64,000 nucleotides of DNA from a virus: the IMG/VR virus record IMGVR_UViG_3300027865_000007. The stretch is one strand, 5' to 3'. The notes under the pieces are model-generated. The model had not been told where the DNA came from. It saw only the letters and a program-made list of their open reading frames with translations, and made no database searches. This document shows, in pieces, positions 53,670-63,273 of the stretch. Made by a program: the position numbers and the translations under genes. Each line of letters begins with the position of its first letter. Positions within the stretch are counted from its first letter, which is position 1.

Positions 53670-54650
53670 ATGAACAAAGTAAAGTGGATGAAGTGGAACC
53701 GGTACTCCGGCCCACGCATCAAAGGCACAACTCCCTACCATCTTCCCGACGACGCTGACCACTGGGAGAGAGTCCTATGGCTAACCTCTATCGTAGAGAG
53801 CGGAGGTAAGTTTGGTGCTGTCATTGCTTATGATGGCACTGGAACCACCGCCGGCCTGACTCAGTGCATTGCTGTCTATCCTAGAGAGCTTCGGAATGAA
53901 GACAACAACCCTAACGACGATCAGGGTATTCTCTGGAAGCTTATCGAAGAGGTACGGAAAGATAATCCCGAATTACTCCAGAGACTTGACGAAGAGTTCA
54001 AAGAGATCGGTTGGTTTATTAGTCCGGGAGGGCAAGTACTCCACCGTGCCGGTGGAGAGATTGTTCTTGGACGCCTCCTCCGAGATGAGCTCACACCCCC
54101 AAGCAGAGGGGCGGTGCCTAGGAGAGGAGAGCACTGGGACGGTGCTAAGGGCTGGGCTCTTATCTTCCACGACATCTTTGCTGACCCCAAGTCTTTCGAT
54201 GCCCAGATTACATTTGCTACTGAGCACACCCACAAGGTTGCCAAGAGAAAGCCAAAGGCACTGCGTGGAAAGACCATTCAGGAGATTATCTACGAAGATC
54301 ATCTAGAGCAACTAGGGCCCAGTTGGAACAAAGAAGACCCGCTAGACCTAGCGATGTCAGTCTTCTGGTCCAATTCAGTAAACGCTCCGGCGATAGCTTT
54401 TTCTAAACTACAACGAGCGGTAAATATCCTAAAGGGATCAAGCGGAACCAGCCCCCTAGACCTTTCCCTTTCCTATCACCGTGAAGTGATGGCCCGCAGG
54501 TTGGTTCGCCTATTAGGAACAAGTAGTTATGGTCGTTGGAATGCTAGTGAACCAAATGGGAGGTACCAACGAACCAGGAAAGCAGCAAAGAAAGTCTGGC
54601 CCGCAAGGTTTTTCAAAGGGCCTAAGGCCCTAATGCCTCGGAGACTCTGA
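53670..54650 (+). CDS. possible lytic transglycosylase (SLT-domain-like) - candidate peptidoglycan hydrolase
   Basis: ESGGKFGAVIAYDGTGTTAGLTQ resembles the SLT motif ES...GA.GLMQ. Weak. Confidence 0.35.
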   Translation: MNKVKWMKWNRYSGPRIKGTTPYHLPDDADHWERVLWLTSIVESGGKFGAVIAYDGTGTTAGLTQCIAVYPRELRNEDNNPNDDQGILWKLIEEVRKDNPELLQRLDEEFKEIGWFISPGGQVLHRAGGEIVLGRLLRDELTPPSRGAVPRRGEHWDGAKGWALIFHDIFADPKSFDAQITFATEHTHKVAKRKPKALRGKTIQEIIYEDHLEQLGPSWNKEDPLDLAMSVFWSNSVNAPAIAFSKLQRAVNILKGSSGTSPLDLSLSYHREVMARRLVRLLGTSSYGRWNASEPNGRYQRTRKAAKKVWPARFFKGPKALMPRRL

Positions 54651-55271
54651 ATGACAAAACGTAGAATTCTACTCGATATGGACGACGTTCTCGCCCGCTG
54701 CGTCGACTACTGGCTCGAACAACTAAACAAGACCCACAACCTAAGCCTCTGCAAGGCAGACATATCCAACTGGAATATGTCCAAGAACCCAGAGGTCCGC
54801 GCTACAGGGCTTACCTACGACGAAATCTTTGCCCCGATGGGTAAAAAAGGATTCTTCTTCGAATTGCCTGTTATGGAGGGCGCCCAAGAGGGTGTCCAGG
54901 ATCTCATCGATAACTTCGGGGAAGTAGTGATCGTTACTAGCCTTCCTAGCGATATCTACCGCCCAGGCGAAGTGACTCAGGAAAAGCTTGACTGGTTGCG
55001 AAAATACTTCCCCTACTTCAGCAAGACAAGAAACATAGTAATGACGAAGAGAAAGGGCCTTGTGAAAGGCGACTTGCTGATTGACGATGCTCCGCATAAC
55101 ATCTTGGAGTATCCTGGTAAGACTGTCGTCTTCGACCAGCCCTACAATCAGGGGGTCGCGGCGACAGCAAGAGTAGCGAACCAACCAGGGTCTCCAGCCT
55201 GGGAGAGAGTGCTAGAGACCTGCCTAGATATCTTTGCGAAGGAGACTGATGAGCGTCCGTACCCAGTTTGA
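54651..55271 (+). CDS. 5'(3')-deoxyribonucleotidase (HAD superfamily, NT5C-like)
   Basis: N-terminal ILLDMDDVLA (DxD nucleophile motif) and LLIDDAPHN. Confidence 0.55.
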   Translation: MTKRRILLDMDDVLARCVDYWLEQLNKTHNLSLCKADISNWNMSKNPEVRATGLTYDEIFAPMGKKGFFFELPVMEGAQEGVQDLIDNFGEVVIVTSLPSDIYRPGEVTQEKLDWLRKYFPYFSKTRNIVMTKRKGLVKGDLLIDDAPHNILEYPGKTVVFDQPYNQGVAATARVANQPGSPAWERVLETCLDIFAKETDERPYPV

Positions 55272-57684
55272 TCTCTTCCTAGACAAAATCCGACCCCACA
55301 TCCTCGACTACCTAGAGACTAAAGGCTACAACACAAGCCACGCGATCAAGTGTATAAACCCTACTCACGATGATCACAACCCTTCAATGCTCTGTGCTCA
55401 GGCAGAGCAGAACGACTGGCGGGTCTGGTGTACGTCCTGTGGGTGGAGGGCAGATATCTTTGATGCCTTCGCTGTCTTAGAAGACACGCCGAGGAAAGGA
55501 GCCCAGTGGGTAGAGCAGACCGTAACGCCACTTGCGGTTATGTTTAACATCCCTTCGCCGGTCATAGACTTTACCCCTGAGGAACAGTTCTGCCACGACT
55601 TATACAGGACTTATGAGGACATCGCAGCTCTCTTAGACCACGACCTACCAAAGTGGGGTGGCTCAGCCCTAGAGTATGTAGAGTCAAGGAAGTGGACAGA
55701 GGAGACCCTAAAGGACTTAGACATCGGGGTCATCTCATATGAGAAAATCCAAGAGCACATTCCTATGGACGAGAGAGAGAGGTTTGGCCTCAACAGACCC
55801 GACGTCTTTAGTCCAGAGAACCTAATCTACACAGCAAGAGACCTCTACGGAAGACCCGTAAGGTTCTTCGGTCGCCGACCCGAAGGGCAGAAACCGAAGT
55901 TTGTATCGACTGCCTCAGCTGGCCTAACCGTAAACGTATGGCAGAACAGAGGACAGCTCTACCTATCCCACCTACTAGAGAGATCAGATACCACCTGCAT
56001 CCTTGTCGAAGGACAGAGCAGCGCTGTTGCCCTCTACCAAGAGGGGATTAGGAACGTTGTTGCCTCCTATGGCTGTAAGGGCTTCTCAGAGGCCCACGCA
56101 GACACGCTAGCTCTTAGAGGTGTATCCAGAGTCACCATCCTCTACGACGGCGACAAGGAGGGTCAGGACGCCGTTGAGGCCCTTCTATCCAAAGAGTTCG
56201 TAAGGTCTGGTGGTCTCTACTACGAAGTAGTGGTTATGCCAGACAACCACGACCCAGATTCCTATGTTAGGGAAGAGGGGTTCGACAAGCTTCAGAATCT
56301 GCTAGACGATGCGAAGCAGAGCTCTTTCGAGTTCTTACTCTCAAAGATAGATCCCCGGGCCGGAGTAGAATCTATCTGCGAGGAGACCGTCCCTTACATC
56401 GCTGCCTCCCAGAGTGATATCAGTCGGGAGAAGATGGCCAAGGAGCTATCAGAGCATCTAGATGGTGATGTATCCATTGGAGCCATCCTCGCCGACGTAA
56501 GAAGGATTGACAATCGGGTCGTTACCGAAGCCTTAGAGAAGCAGAAGATAGCTCTCTCCTCGATGACAAGGCAGATTCGAGACAACCCACTCGAAGCTAA
56601 AGAGACTCTGAGGAGTACCCTAGATAGACTCGACGCGATTGATAGAGAGAGAAGCCCTAAGAGCAGCACGGCTAGCTGCTTAGCTAGGCTCCGCGCCAAC
56701 AAGCTTCTAGAAGAGACTCGGATTAGCGGAGGTTATACTCTACGTCCTGACGGGCTAGGCCCTCTTTCTGATTTCCTCAGCGGAGGAGATTGGGCTGGAA
56801 GCAGAACTTGTTTCATCGCGGCGGTGAAGAATATGGGAAAGAGCTCCTTCCTAGACCAGTTCATCTGGGAGGCATTATCCAATCCAGACAACAACGCCAT
56901 TGCATATCTCCTTACGCTTGATGACCCTGTTGAAGTCCGATTCAGGAGATTCGGATGTATCTCCCTGGGGGATAAGATCTTTGCTCAGAATATGATTGCC
57001 AACCCCCGGTGGCACAGCGAGGAACTAGGGATTGAGGGCGTTTACGAGAAGAGAGAGATAGCCTACAGCAACCTGACTAAAATGATCTCCAGCGGGAGAT
57101 TGATAATCGAAGGGGTGGGCGACGGCACTACAATGGCCTACGCCGAGAGAAGGCTTGCCCAAATAAGGAGAGAGAACCCAGAGTCCAACATCATCTTCGG
57201 GCTCGACAACTTCCACGACTGCTCCGACTGGGAGAATGTTCAGGAGACGGTCAGAATAGGAAGACTGATAAAGTATGGGAAGCAAATCTGCGAGCAGCAT
57301 AAGGCCCTAGGAATGTTCACAGCGGAGTACCGAAAGCTTGACCGCCCCGACCGACCGGGAACAGATGACGACCTAGCTGATAGCAGGAAGCTAGGATACG
57401 CTGCGGCTCTAACGATGCATCTCTTCTCAGACCTTGACGATAAGGACGATGAGGCTCTCCTGGTTCATAAGCATCTAGGAGAACTTCTACCACGTCTGAT
57501 AGTAAACGTCGGAAAGAACAAGATCACCAAAGTGAAGGGCCGCGAGAAGATGATCTTTGACTTCTACCCATCTTCGTCGATGTTCTCTCCAGTATCGAGA
57601 GACCAGGCGAAAGCGGATATACTAGCAAGGAAGGAGGAGCTGGCACCTTACAAGCAAGACGCTGAACCTGACGAATCGCAGTAG
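55249..57684 (+). CDS. DNA primase-helicase (zinc finger + TOPRIM + DnaB-like helicase; T7 gp4-like)
   Basis: CHC2 zinc finger (CINPTHDDHNPSM...CTSCGW), TOPRIM (ILVEGQSSAV ... ILYDGDKEGQDA), helicase Walker A-like FIAAVKNMGKSSF and LDNFHD. Confidence 0.7.
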   Translation: MSVRTQFDLFLDKIRPHILDYLETKGYNTSHAIKCINPTHDDHNPSMLCAQAEQNDWRVWCTSCGWRADIFDAFAVLEDTPRKGAQWVEQTVTPLAVMFNIPSPVIDFTPEEQFCHDLYRTYEDIAALLDHDLPKWGGSALEYVESRKWTEETLKDLDIGVISYEKIQEHIPMDERERFGLNRPDVFSPENLIYTARDLYGRPVRFFGRRPEGQKPKFVSTASAGLTVNVWQNRGQLYLSHLLERSDTTCILVEGQSSAVALYQEGIRNVVASYGCKGFSEAHADTLALRGVSRVTILYDGDKEGQDAVEALLSKEFVRSGGLYYEVVVMPDNHDPDSYVREEGFDKLQNLLDDAKQSSFEFLLSKIDPRAGVESICEETVPYIAASQSDISREKMAKELSEHLDGDVSIGAILADVRRIDNRVVTEALEKQKIALSSMTRQIRDNPLEAKETLRSTLDRLDAIDRERSPKSSTASCLARLRANKLLEETRISGGYTLRPDGLGPLSDFLSGGDWAGSRTCFIAAVKNMGKSSFLDQFIWEALSNPDNNAIAYLLTLDDPVEVRFRRFGCISLGDKIFAQNMIANPRWHSEELGIEGVYEKREIAYSNLTKMISSGRLIIEGVGDGTTMAYAERRLAQIRRENPESNIIFGLDNFHDCSDWENVQETVRIGRLIKYGKQICEQHKALGMFTAEYRKLDRPDRPGTDDDLADSRKLGYAAALTMHLFSDLDDKDDEALLVHKHLGELLPRLIVNVGKNKITKVKGREKMIFDFYPSSSMFSPVSRDQAKADILARKEELAPYKQDAEPDESQ

Positions 57685-57691
57685 GAGGCCG

Positions 57692-57895
57692 ATGCATTAC
57701 ACCATTCTGTTAGCAGCACTAGCCATAGAAGGCGGAACCCTGATGGTCAACAAAGGGGCCAAGATGCTACTACCGGAACTCGCGAAATTGCTAGATAACC
57801 CAGAGATAGAGGATCTATACGAAGCGCTTGCCGAGGGAAGTTTCGTAGAGAAGGCACTTGATGCCTATCGCAAACTGTGTCTAGAATCGAAGTAA
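57692..57895 (+). CDS. hypothetical protein
   Basis: 67-aa ORF. Confidence 0.3.
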   Translation: MHYTILLAALAIEGGTLMVNKGAKMLLPELAKLLDNPEIEDLYEALAEGSFVEKALDAYRKLCLESK

Positions 57896-57910
57896 CGGAA
57901 GGAGCACCGA

Positions 57911-58252
57911 TTGGAAAATCTGGAGCTCGTTACTAAAGTCAGACAGGTCGAAACCCTCCTCAAAGAAGCGAAAGAACATTACGATCAATCAGAATCTCTG
58001 ATCGAAGAAGCGTTCACGCTGATCTCAACAGCAGTAATCCCCGAGGGCGACTCCCCATTTAGGAGAGAACGTGGCGAAGAGCACCGACGACTTGCCATCC
58101 GAGGTGTCGCCGCTGCCCTTGAGGTAATGGACAAAGACGACCTAACCAAGAGACTAAAGAGAGCAATCTCGGAGGTCTATCACATCCTCACCTTTATTCA
58201 GGAGTCAAAAGAGGCTGACGTAGCAACGACCATCATAGGAAAGGCCTCTTAG
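57911..58252 (+). CDS. hypothetical protein (TTG start in track)
   Basis: 113-aa ORF. Confidence 0.3.
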   Translation: MENLELVTKVRQVETLLKEAKEHYDQSESLIEEAFTLISTAVIPEGDSPFRRERGEEHRRLAIRGVAAALEVMDKDDLTKRLKRAISEVYHILTFIQESKEADVATTIIGKAS

Positions 58253-58266
58253 ACTATAGTAGAGCA

Positions 58267-59247
58267 ATGATCAAGATCAAGACCGCCCTCATCATCGCGG
58301 GCGTACTGGGAGTCCTAGGTCTAATCCCAGCCGCCGCAATGTTCTGGAAGATGTCCAAGCTGGAGGCAATGAACCTTCAACTCTCGGGACAAATGGATAT
58401 CCAGGGCAAGCACCTCACCAAATCCCTGCTGAGAGCCTCAACAGAGATGGCTACACACGAGGAACTATCTGAGTTTGCGGCGGAATCACGCCTTGACATA
58501 GAACGAGTCCGAGCAGATCTAGCCTCCTTGGGAGCAAGACTCGAGGCGGTAGCTTCCACAAAAGCTTCAACGACGACAGTTCATCACGACCGCCAACCAT
58601 CAGACTCAAGCACTCCCTCAGAGACGAAAGTTCCTATCTGTCCGGAAGATGGTAGAGCAATCGACGTACACGGGTACACAAAGAGAATAGAAACCAGACA
58701 GATAAGAGATTCAAACGGAATGAGAGTTGCCGACGTCTCCTTCGAGGCAGCCGAAGAAGCCCCCTGGTCAGACTCTGTGCACGGAATTACATTCCTAATC
58801 AACAGCACAGTCGGAAGGACCGATGACGGCAGACTTGTCCTGCACACAGAGCTCCTCGCTACAAGCGAAGCAGAGCCAGACCAGACCTTTAGAATCGAAG
58901 GAATAGAGTCCCGGATGCTACAAGTCCCAGAAGAGGCCAGGTTCAGTTTCTGGGATCCTCACATCCTACTAGCCATCAATTTTGGGATCACAGTCCGCCC
59001 AGCTCTTGACCTTAGCGCATCGATGAATGTTCTGTTTACGGTGATGTCCTACGGAGATTTCTCGTTCGTCGGCATTGGCGTAGGGTATGACGCCTTCCAG
59101 AACTCTTTTATCGCATCATTCCAACCGTTTATGTATAACATCGGCGGGCCGATCCCTGTTCTATCTGACCTTCACGTTTACCCGTTCGTATCAGCAGACC
59201 ACAATGCTACTATCTCAGTTGGTGCCGGGCTGGGGACGAGACTCTAA
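58267..59247 (+). CDS. membrane-anchored protein (N-terminal TM)
   Basis: ALIIAGVLGVLGLIPAAAMFW, then coiled coil and beta-rich C-terminal region. Confidence 0.5.
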   Translation: MIKIKTALIIAGVLGVLGLIPAAAMFWKMSKLEAMNLQLSGQMDIQGKHLTKSLLRASTEMATHEELSEFAAESRLDIERVRADLASLGARLEAVASTKASTTTVHHDRQPSDSSTPSETKVPICPEDGRAIDVHGYTKRIETRQIRDSNGMRVADVSFEAAEEAPWSDSVHGITFLINSTVGRTDDGRLVLHTELLATSEAEPDQTFRIEGIESRMLQVPEEARFSFWDPHILLAINFGITVRPALDLSASMNVLFTVMSYGDFSFVGIGVGYDAFQNSFIASFQPFMYNIGGPIPVLSDLHVYPFVSADHNATISVGAGLGTRL

Positions 59248-59408
59248 AAGGACCTGGAATGCCCTCTTAGAGGCCTAAACCAGCCCTCAGACAGCCAGGA
59301 AAGACTTCTATCGCACCCGAACACACCTAGCAAGACAGACCGTCCTGGGGACGAAACAGAGCAATTTTAGACCCTCTAGTAGGGTTGATGATAGGAACAA
59401 GGCTATAG

Positions 59409-59636
59409 ATGACTACAGAACTTTACCGGTGCCAAGCGTGCGGAGATTCCCAGGTCGACGAGACTATCCCACGGCAACTTTGTTGGAGGAGTTGGAGGAC
59501 AGGAGCCTACAATAGGCAGAGGGACTGGAAGCGTACCCTCTTCACCTGCCACAAGTGCCAGGGCAAGTCAGACAAGGAAGTCGTCCAGCTCTATATGGAG
59601 TTGGAAAAAGCCAAGTACAGTGAGCCAATTCTTTAG
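59409..59636 (+). CDS. zinc-ribbon protein
   Basis: CQACG ... CHKCQG. Confidence 0.4.
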   Translation: MTTELYRCQACGDSQVDETIPRQLCWRSWRTGAYNRQRDWKRTLFTCHKCQGKSDKEVVQLYMELEKAKYSEPIL

Positions 59637-59684
59637 CTCCAGACTACCAACCGCAGATAAACTAGAGGTAGAGTAAGGATAAAT

Positions 59685-59981
59685 ATGCCACCAATCAAGA
59701 AAAAGATCGACGTATTAAGGAAAGTCCAGGCGAGGGTCTCTAAACCAGTCCCGTTCTGCTCGGAAGGAAAGAGAATAACCCTAAGCTCATACGTAAGGGT
59801 CATCTGTCCAAGGTCTACACACGAGGGGACTACCGGGCTCGTATGCGATACAAGAGAGAAGCCGCCGGACGGGAAGGACGTCAAGGTAGCTTTCCTCGAG
59901 CAGACAGGCAAGGAATACACCGTAGGACTAAAAGTGATATGGATGAGTAGTAAAAGCCTGGCAGTAAGAAAGCGGCTATGA
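59685..59981 (+). CDS. hypothetical protein
   Basis: 98-aa ORF. Confidence 0.4.
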   Translation: MPPIKKKIDVLRKVQARVSKPVPFCSEGKRITLSSYVRVICPRSTHEGTTGLVCDTREKPPDGKDVKVAFLEQTGKEYTVGLKVIWMSSKSLAVRKRL

Positions 59982-60235
59982 CAGATAAGAACAAACCGGA
60001 GCTAACCCAAGAAGAAGAATCCTACCTAAAGACATACAAGGCTCTTCAAGACTTTGTATACCTAGCCAAGAGGACTATCTACGCCGCGAGCAAAGAACAG
60101 AGAGAAGCCTCTGATGCCCACGCCAAAATAGGAGATTTAGCTGGGGCACGCATACATAAAGCCAGAATTCAGGGGCTTGATCTTGCAGCTAAACTCCTCG
60201 GCAAAGAGCTAAGCAGCTGGCAAGAGGAAGAATAA
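59978..60235 (+). CDS. hypothetical protein
   Basis: 85-aa ORF. Confidence 0.4.
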   Translation: MTDKNKPELTQEEESYLKTYKALQDFVYLAKRTIYAASKEQREASDAHAKIGDLAGARIHKARIQGLDLAAKLLGKELSSWQEEE

Positions 60236-60252
60236 ACCAGAGTAGGTTCCAT

Positions 60253-60618
60253 ATGAAAGTCGGCGACCAGGTAATGCTATCTGACTGGGCTCAGCAGGGT
60301 TCCTACTACCAGAATCTGACGGCCAATTGGAAACTACCGTGGGTGATCACGCACATAGATTACTACCCGTGCACCGGAGGGGATGGCTCCGAGGTATTCC
60401 TAGAGACCCTGAATAACAGAGCAGGTCATATGGCAGGGTCGTCGCTAGTCCCATATAAGGAAGGACATATCTATCCTCCTTGGCCGCCCAGCCGAGAGTT
60501 TCCCGTCCTGAATGGATATAAGGGCGTGACTCCGCCAGACATTCCTGAAGGTGCAACTGACGATGAGGTCAATGAGATCCTCACGAAGTGGATAACGGAA
60601 GCTACTCCGAATGAGTGA
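60253..60618 (+). CDS. hypothetical protein
   Basis: 121-aa ORF. Confidence 0.4.
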   Translation: MKVGDQVMLSDWAQQGSYYQNLTANWKLPWVITHIDYYPCTGGDGSEVFLETLNNRAGHMAGSSLVPYKEGHIYPPWPPSREFPVLNGYKGVTPPDIPEGATDDEVNEILTKWITEATPNE

Positions 60619-60838
60619 TAGAACATACAACGGTATAGAACGGCGAGGGCTCTTGCTGACCCTCGCCTATATTACCTTTGGAGCACATACAGACTCACTA
60701 AGGTGTAGAGGTCTATTCAATGCCATCGCGGAAGAGATTGGAGAAAAAGAGATGGCTTCATACCTCAAAGAACTCAAAGACCTCTTCGGCAATACGGCCG
60801 AGGCGGCCCACAAGGGACTAAGATGGTCTAAGCTATGA
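60611..60838 (+). CDS. hypothetical protein
   Basis: 75-aa ORF. Confidence 0.35.
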   Translation: MSDRTYNGIERRGLLLTLAYITFGAHTDSLRCRGLFNAIAEEIGEKEMASYLKELKDLFGNTAEAAHKGLRWSKL

Positions 60839-61056
60839 CATTCCTCTGGTTCGTAATGCTTGAACCGCCGCAGGGAAGAAGCTACATCTTCCACATAGGC
60901 GCAGAGTATGGCGACGATGCAGTCGAGTACGCAAAGATCTGGCTACTAGAGGAAGGCCTGGGAGAGCTCCTCAGGTACAATCTAAACCCTCACGTCGACC
61001 GCATTGGAACAACAAAAGAAATAGGAATCATAACCATCAGACTAGGTAGGGAGTAA
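60835..61056 (+). CDS. hypothetical protein
   Basis: 73-aa ORF. Confidence 0.35.
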   Translation: MTFLWFVMLEPPQGRSYIFHIGAEYGDDAVEYAKIWLLEEGLGELLRYNLNPHVDRIGTTKEIGIITIRLGRE

Positions 61057-61268
61057 TGATGACTGAAGACGAGCTAGCAGAGTACATCGCTGCGCACCCA
61101 AAAGCCCAAGAGAAACTCTCCAAGCTAGTAGTAGACTGTGCTATGGAGTACGCTGAGCTAGTAAACAAAGGGGGCTGGGCAGACCAGCTTCTCTACCTAG
61201 CTGATTCATACGGCCAACCCGACGCCGACGAGTTTGTGAAAGAGGCCATAGGAATAGACAATGACTGA
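61056..61268 (+). CDS. hypothetical protein
   Basis: 70-aa ORF. Confidence 0.35.
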   Translation: MMTEDELAEYIAAHPKAQEKLSKLVVDCAMEYAELVNKGGWADQLLYLADSYGQPDADEFVKEAIGIDND

Positions 61269-61458
61269 ACAAACAGACAAATTCATAGCTAAGCACGCGC
61301 TGGTTGGTATGGCAGAAATGCTTGCCCATAACATTAGAACCCTGCCGGGCGCGATCTCGCCATTCGAAAGAAAGCTCCTCATAGATAAGACGATCAAGCT
61401 CCACGAGTACATTGGGCACGCCCTAGAGGCAGCGAAAAAGATGGCAGACGCTCGATGA
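61261..61458 (+). CDS. hypothetical protein
   Basis: 65-aa ORF. Confidence 0.35.
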   Translation: MTEQTDKFIAKHALVGMAEMLAHNIRTLPGAISPFERKLLIDKTIKLHEYIGHALEAAKKMADAR

Positions 61459-61829
61459 GCATCATCAACGTCCACTACAAGAAGGACATTCCAAACCGCA
61501 CGGGGACTATTCGATTCTATTCCGACGGCAAACGAATCGACATCGATAGCATAGCTATAACCCAGAAGAAACTCCCGGGCCCTGGGCCCGTGCTAACTAT
61601 CGAGCGTACTGTCAGGGTTTTCGGCCACCAACCACGTACAGGTAGCGACCTAACGCTAAGAGCTACAAATGAGGACGGACAGATAGCGGAGCTAAAGATT
61701 CCAGGGCTCCGCAGACATTCTAATCTCCCGCCCGGCACGTTCTACTGTGATAACTTCCCCTGGTGGCAATGGATAACCCCAGAACCAATAGAGAAAGATC
61801 CATTCGACCTACTAAAGAAACTACTATAG
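61455..61829 (+). CDS. hypothetical protein with WWxW motif and C-terminal tail DPFDLLKKLL
   Basis: FPWWQWITPEPIEKDPFDLLKKLL C-terminus; paralogue of 62743-63273 and 63273-63680. Confidence 0.5.
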   Translation: MSIINVHYKKDIPNRTGTIRFYSDGKRIDIDSIAITQKKLPGPGPVLTIERTVRVFGHQPRTGSDLTLRATNEDGQIAELKIPGLRRHSNLPPGTFYCDNFPWWQWITPEPIEKDPFDLLKKLL

Positions 61830-61848
61830 CTCTAATGTCTTTCCCTAA

Positions 61849-62213
61849 GCCTGGCGTAGTAGTCATTCAGGAGACTCCCCTATTCCCCACGAATATGACT
61901 CTAGTATAGAGATACCTCAGGTTATCTGTACGATAGATGCACTTCTTGGAGATGTAGACCTTAGGGTTGATATCCCCGACGGCGGGAAGGAAGAACTCGA
62001 GTCATACTTCCGCGAGACACTTCATACATTCCTCGCTCTCCCAATCACGCCCGCACTAAAAGAAAAAGTAGAGCTAACAGTAAAAGCCGTCCTATGTAGC
62101 CTAGTAAAAGAAGGCAGGCTATATAAGAGATGGGACGGAGATAAGATGGTGTGGAAGATAATCCCAAAGAAGTTCTCCATAGACGAGTTTGTAAAGCTCT
62201 GCCGCGATCTCTG
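61849..62213 (+). pseudogene. coding-like ORF (121 codons) with no canonical in-frame start; C-terminus paralogous to 62743-63273 (possible frameshifted/pseudogenised or non-canonically initiated paralogue)
   Basis: Stop-free from 61849 to TGA at 62211-62213; ends ...MVWKIIPKKFSIDEFVKLCRDL vs ...VQWWQWQKEEKKSLTLDEFISLCRELEEK. First in-frame ATG is only 23 codons before the stop. Confidence 0.25.
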
Positions 62214-62224
62214 AGAGAAACCGT

Positions 62225-62743
62225 ATGAAACAAATGAACTATCTGTCAGCTACGACGATTGTAGTCAGCACACCCACCACAGCCATCTCCATAACGAAGG
62301 TTGCGGTAGAGACCTGTAGGAAAATGTCACCCATCTATACGATGGGCCACCAGCCACCCCTCCCACAAGGCAACCAGTTCCAGGGAAGCATCCTTCTACC
62401 AGAGGTATGCGAGCCAGAGGACATTAGCTTAGAGCCCTTCAGTCTTACGGTTAGCTGCAAGCTGGGTAAAGGTATGTGCAAGGAAGAGATTGCTAGCCTG
62501 AGTGGGGAAAGGATCCTCCACCTTCCCAACTGCCGCGGCCTCACAGACAACAACGAAGAGCTCATTCTAAACGATCGACAGTTCATCTTCTACACACCTC
62601 CCAAAGAACCCGTCGCTCACTACGCGATAGAACAACTCGCACAGATCTTCCCTGAGGGTCTAATCCATCGCTCTAGATATGACGGTGAGCCAAGCTTCGG
62701 ACTAACATTTGGTATACCCTGGACTAAGCAGAAAAAGGAATAA
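62225..62743 (+). CDS. hypothetical protein
   Basis: 172-aa ORF. Confidence 0.45.
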   Translation: MKQMNYLSATTIVVSTPTTAISITKVAVETCRKMSPIYTMGHQPPLPQGNQFQGSILLPEVCEPEDISLEPFSLTVSCKLGKGMCKEEIASLSGERILHLPNCRGLTDNNEELILNDRQFIFYTPPKEPVAHYAIEQLAQIFPEGLIHRSRYDGEPSFGLTFGIPWTKQKKE

Positions 62744-63273
62744 TGGCAAACGTCCTATCCAACCTCGTGCAATTTGGCCCTCCTGTCAAAGCCCTCGAAG
62801 AAGAGATCAAAGCACTTGAAAAAGAGACGCCTACAACCAGCACCTTCAAGACACCAGCCCACAGCCTCGGTGGGGGCGTCGAGTTTTCAATCGACGGAGA
62901 GCCCTGTGGGATTACAACCTGTCAGCTCACGATCACAAAGCAGAAAAAACCCTCATACCAGTACATAATGGGAGACCCGAAGCCAACCAAAATCCTTCCG
63001 GGCAAAACAGGCATCACACTCTCGCTCTATGGGAAGATGCCAGACACAATCCCTTTCGACCTGACACTGGAGGCCAGGAACGGGTACGGTGACCTAGCCA
63101 AAGCAACGATCTTCGGAATCGAGATTATCTCGGAAGGGTGGCCTACGACAGGCAAGGGCCAGTACACAGGCATCGCGAAAAATGTACAGTGGTGGCAGTG
63201 GCAAAAGGAAGAGAAGAAATCTCTAACCCTAGATGAGTTTATAAGTCTCTGTAGAGAGCTAGAGGAGAAGTAA
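62743..63273 (+). CDS. hypothetical protein (WWQW family paralogue, no KKLL tail)
   Basis: VQWWQWQKEEKK...DEFISLCRELEEK. Confidence 0.45.
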   Translation: MANVLSNLVQFGPPVKALEEEIKALEKETPTTSTFKTPAHSLGGGVEFSIDGEPCGITTCQLTITKQKKPSYQYIMGDPKPTKILPGKTGITLSLYGKMPDTIPFDLTLEARNGYGDLAKATIFGIEIISEGWPTTGKGQYTGIAKNVQWWQWQKEEKKSLTLDEFISLCRELEEK

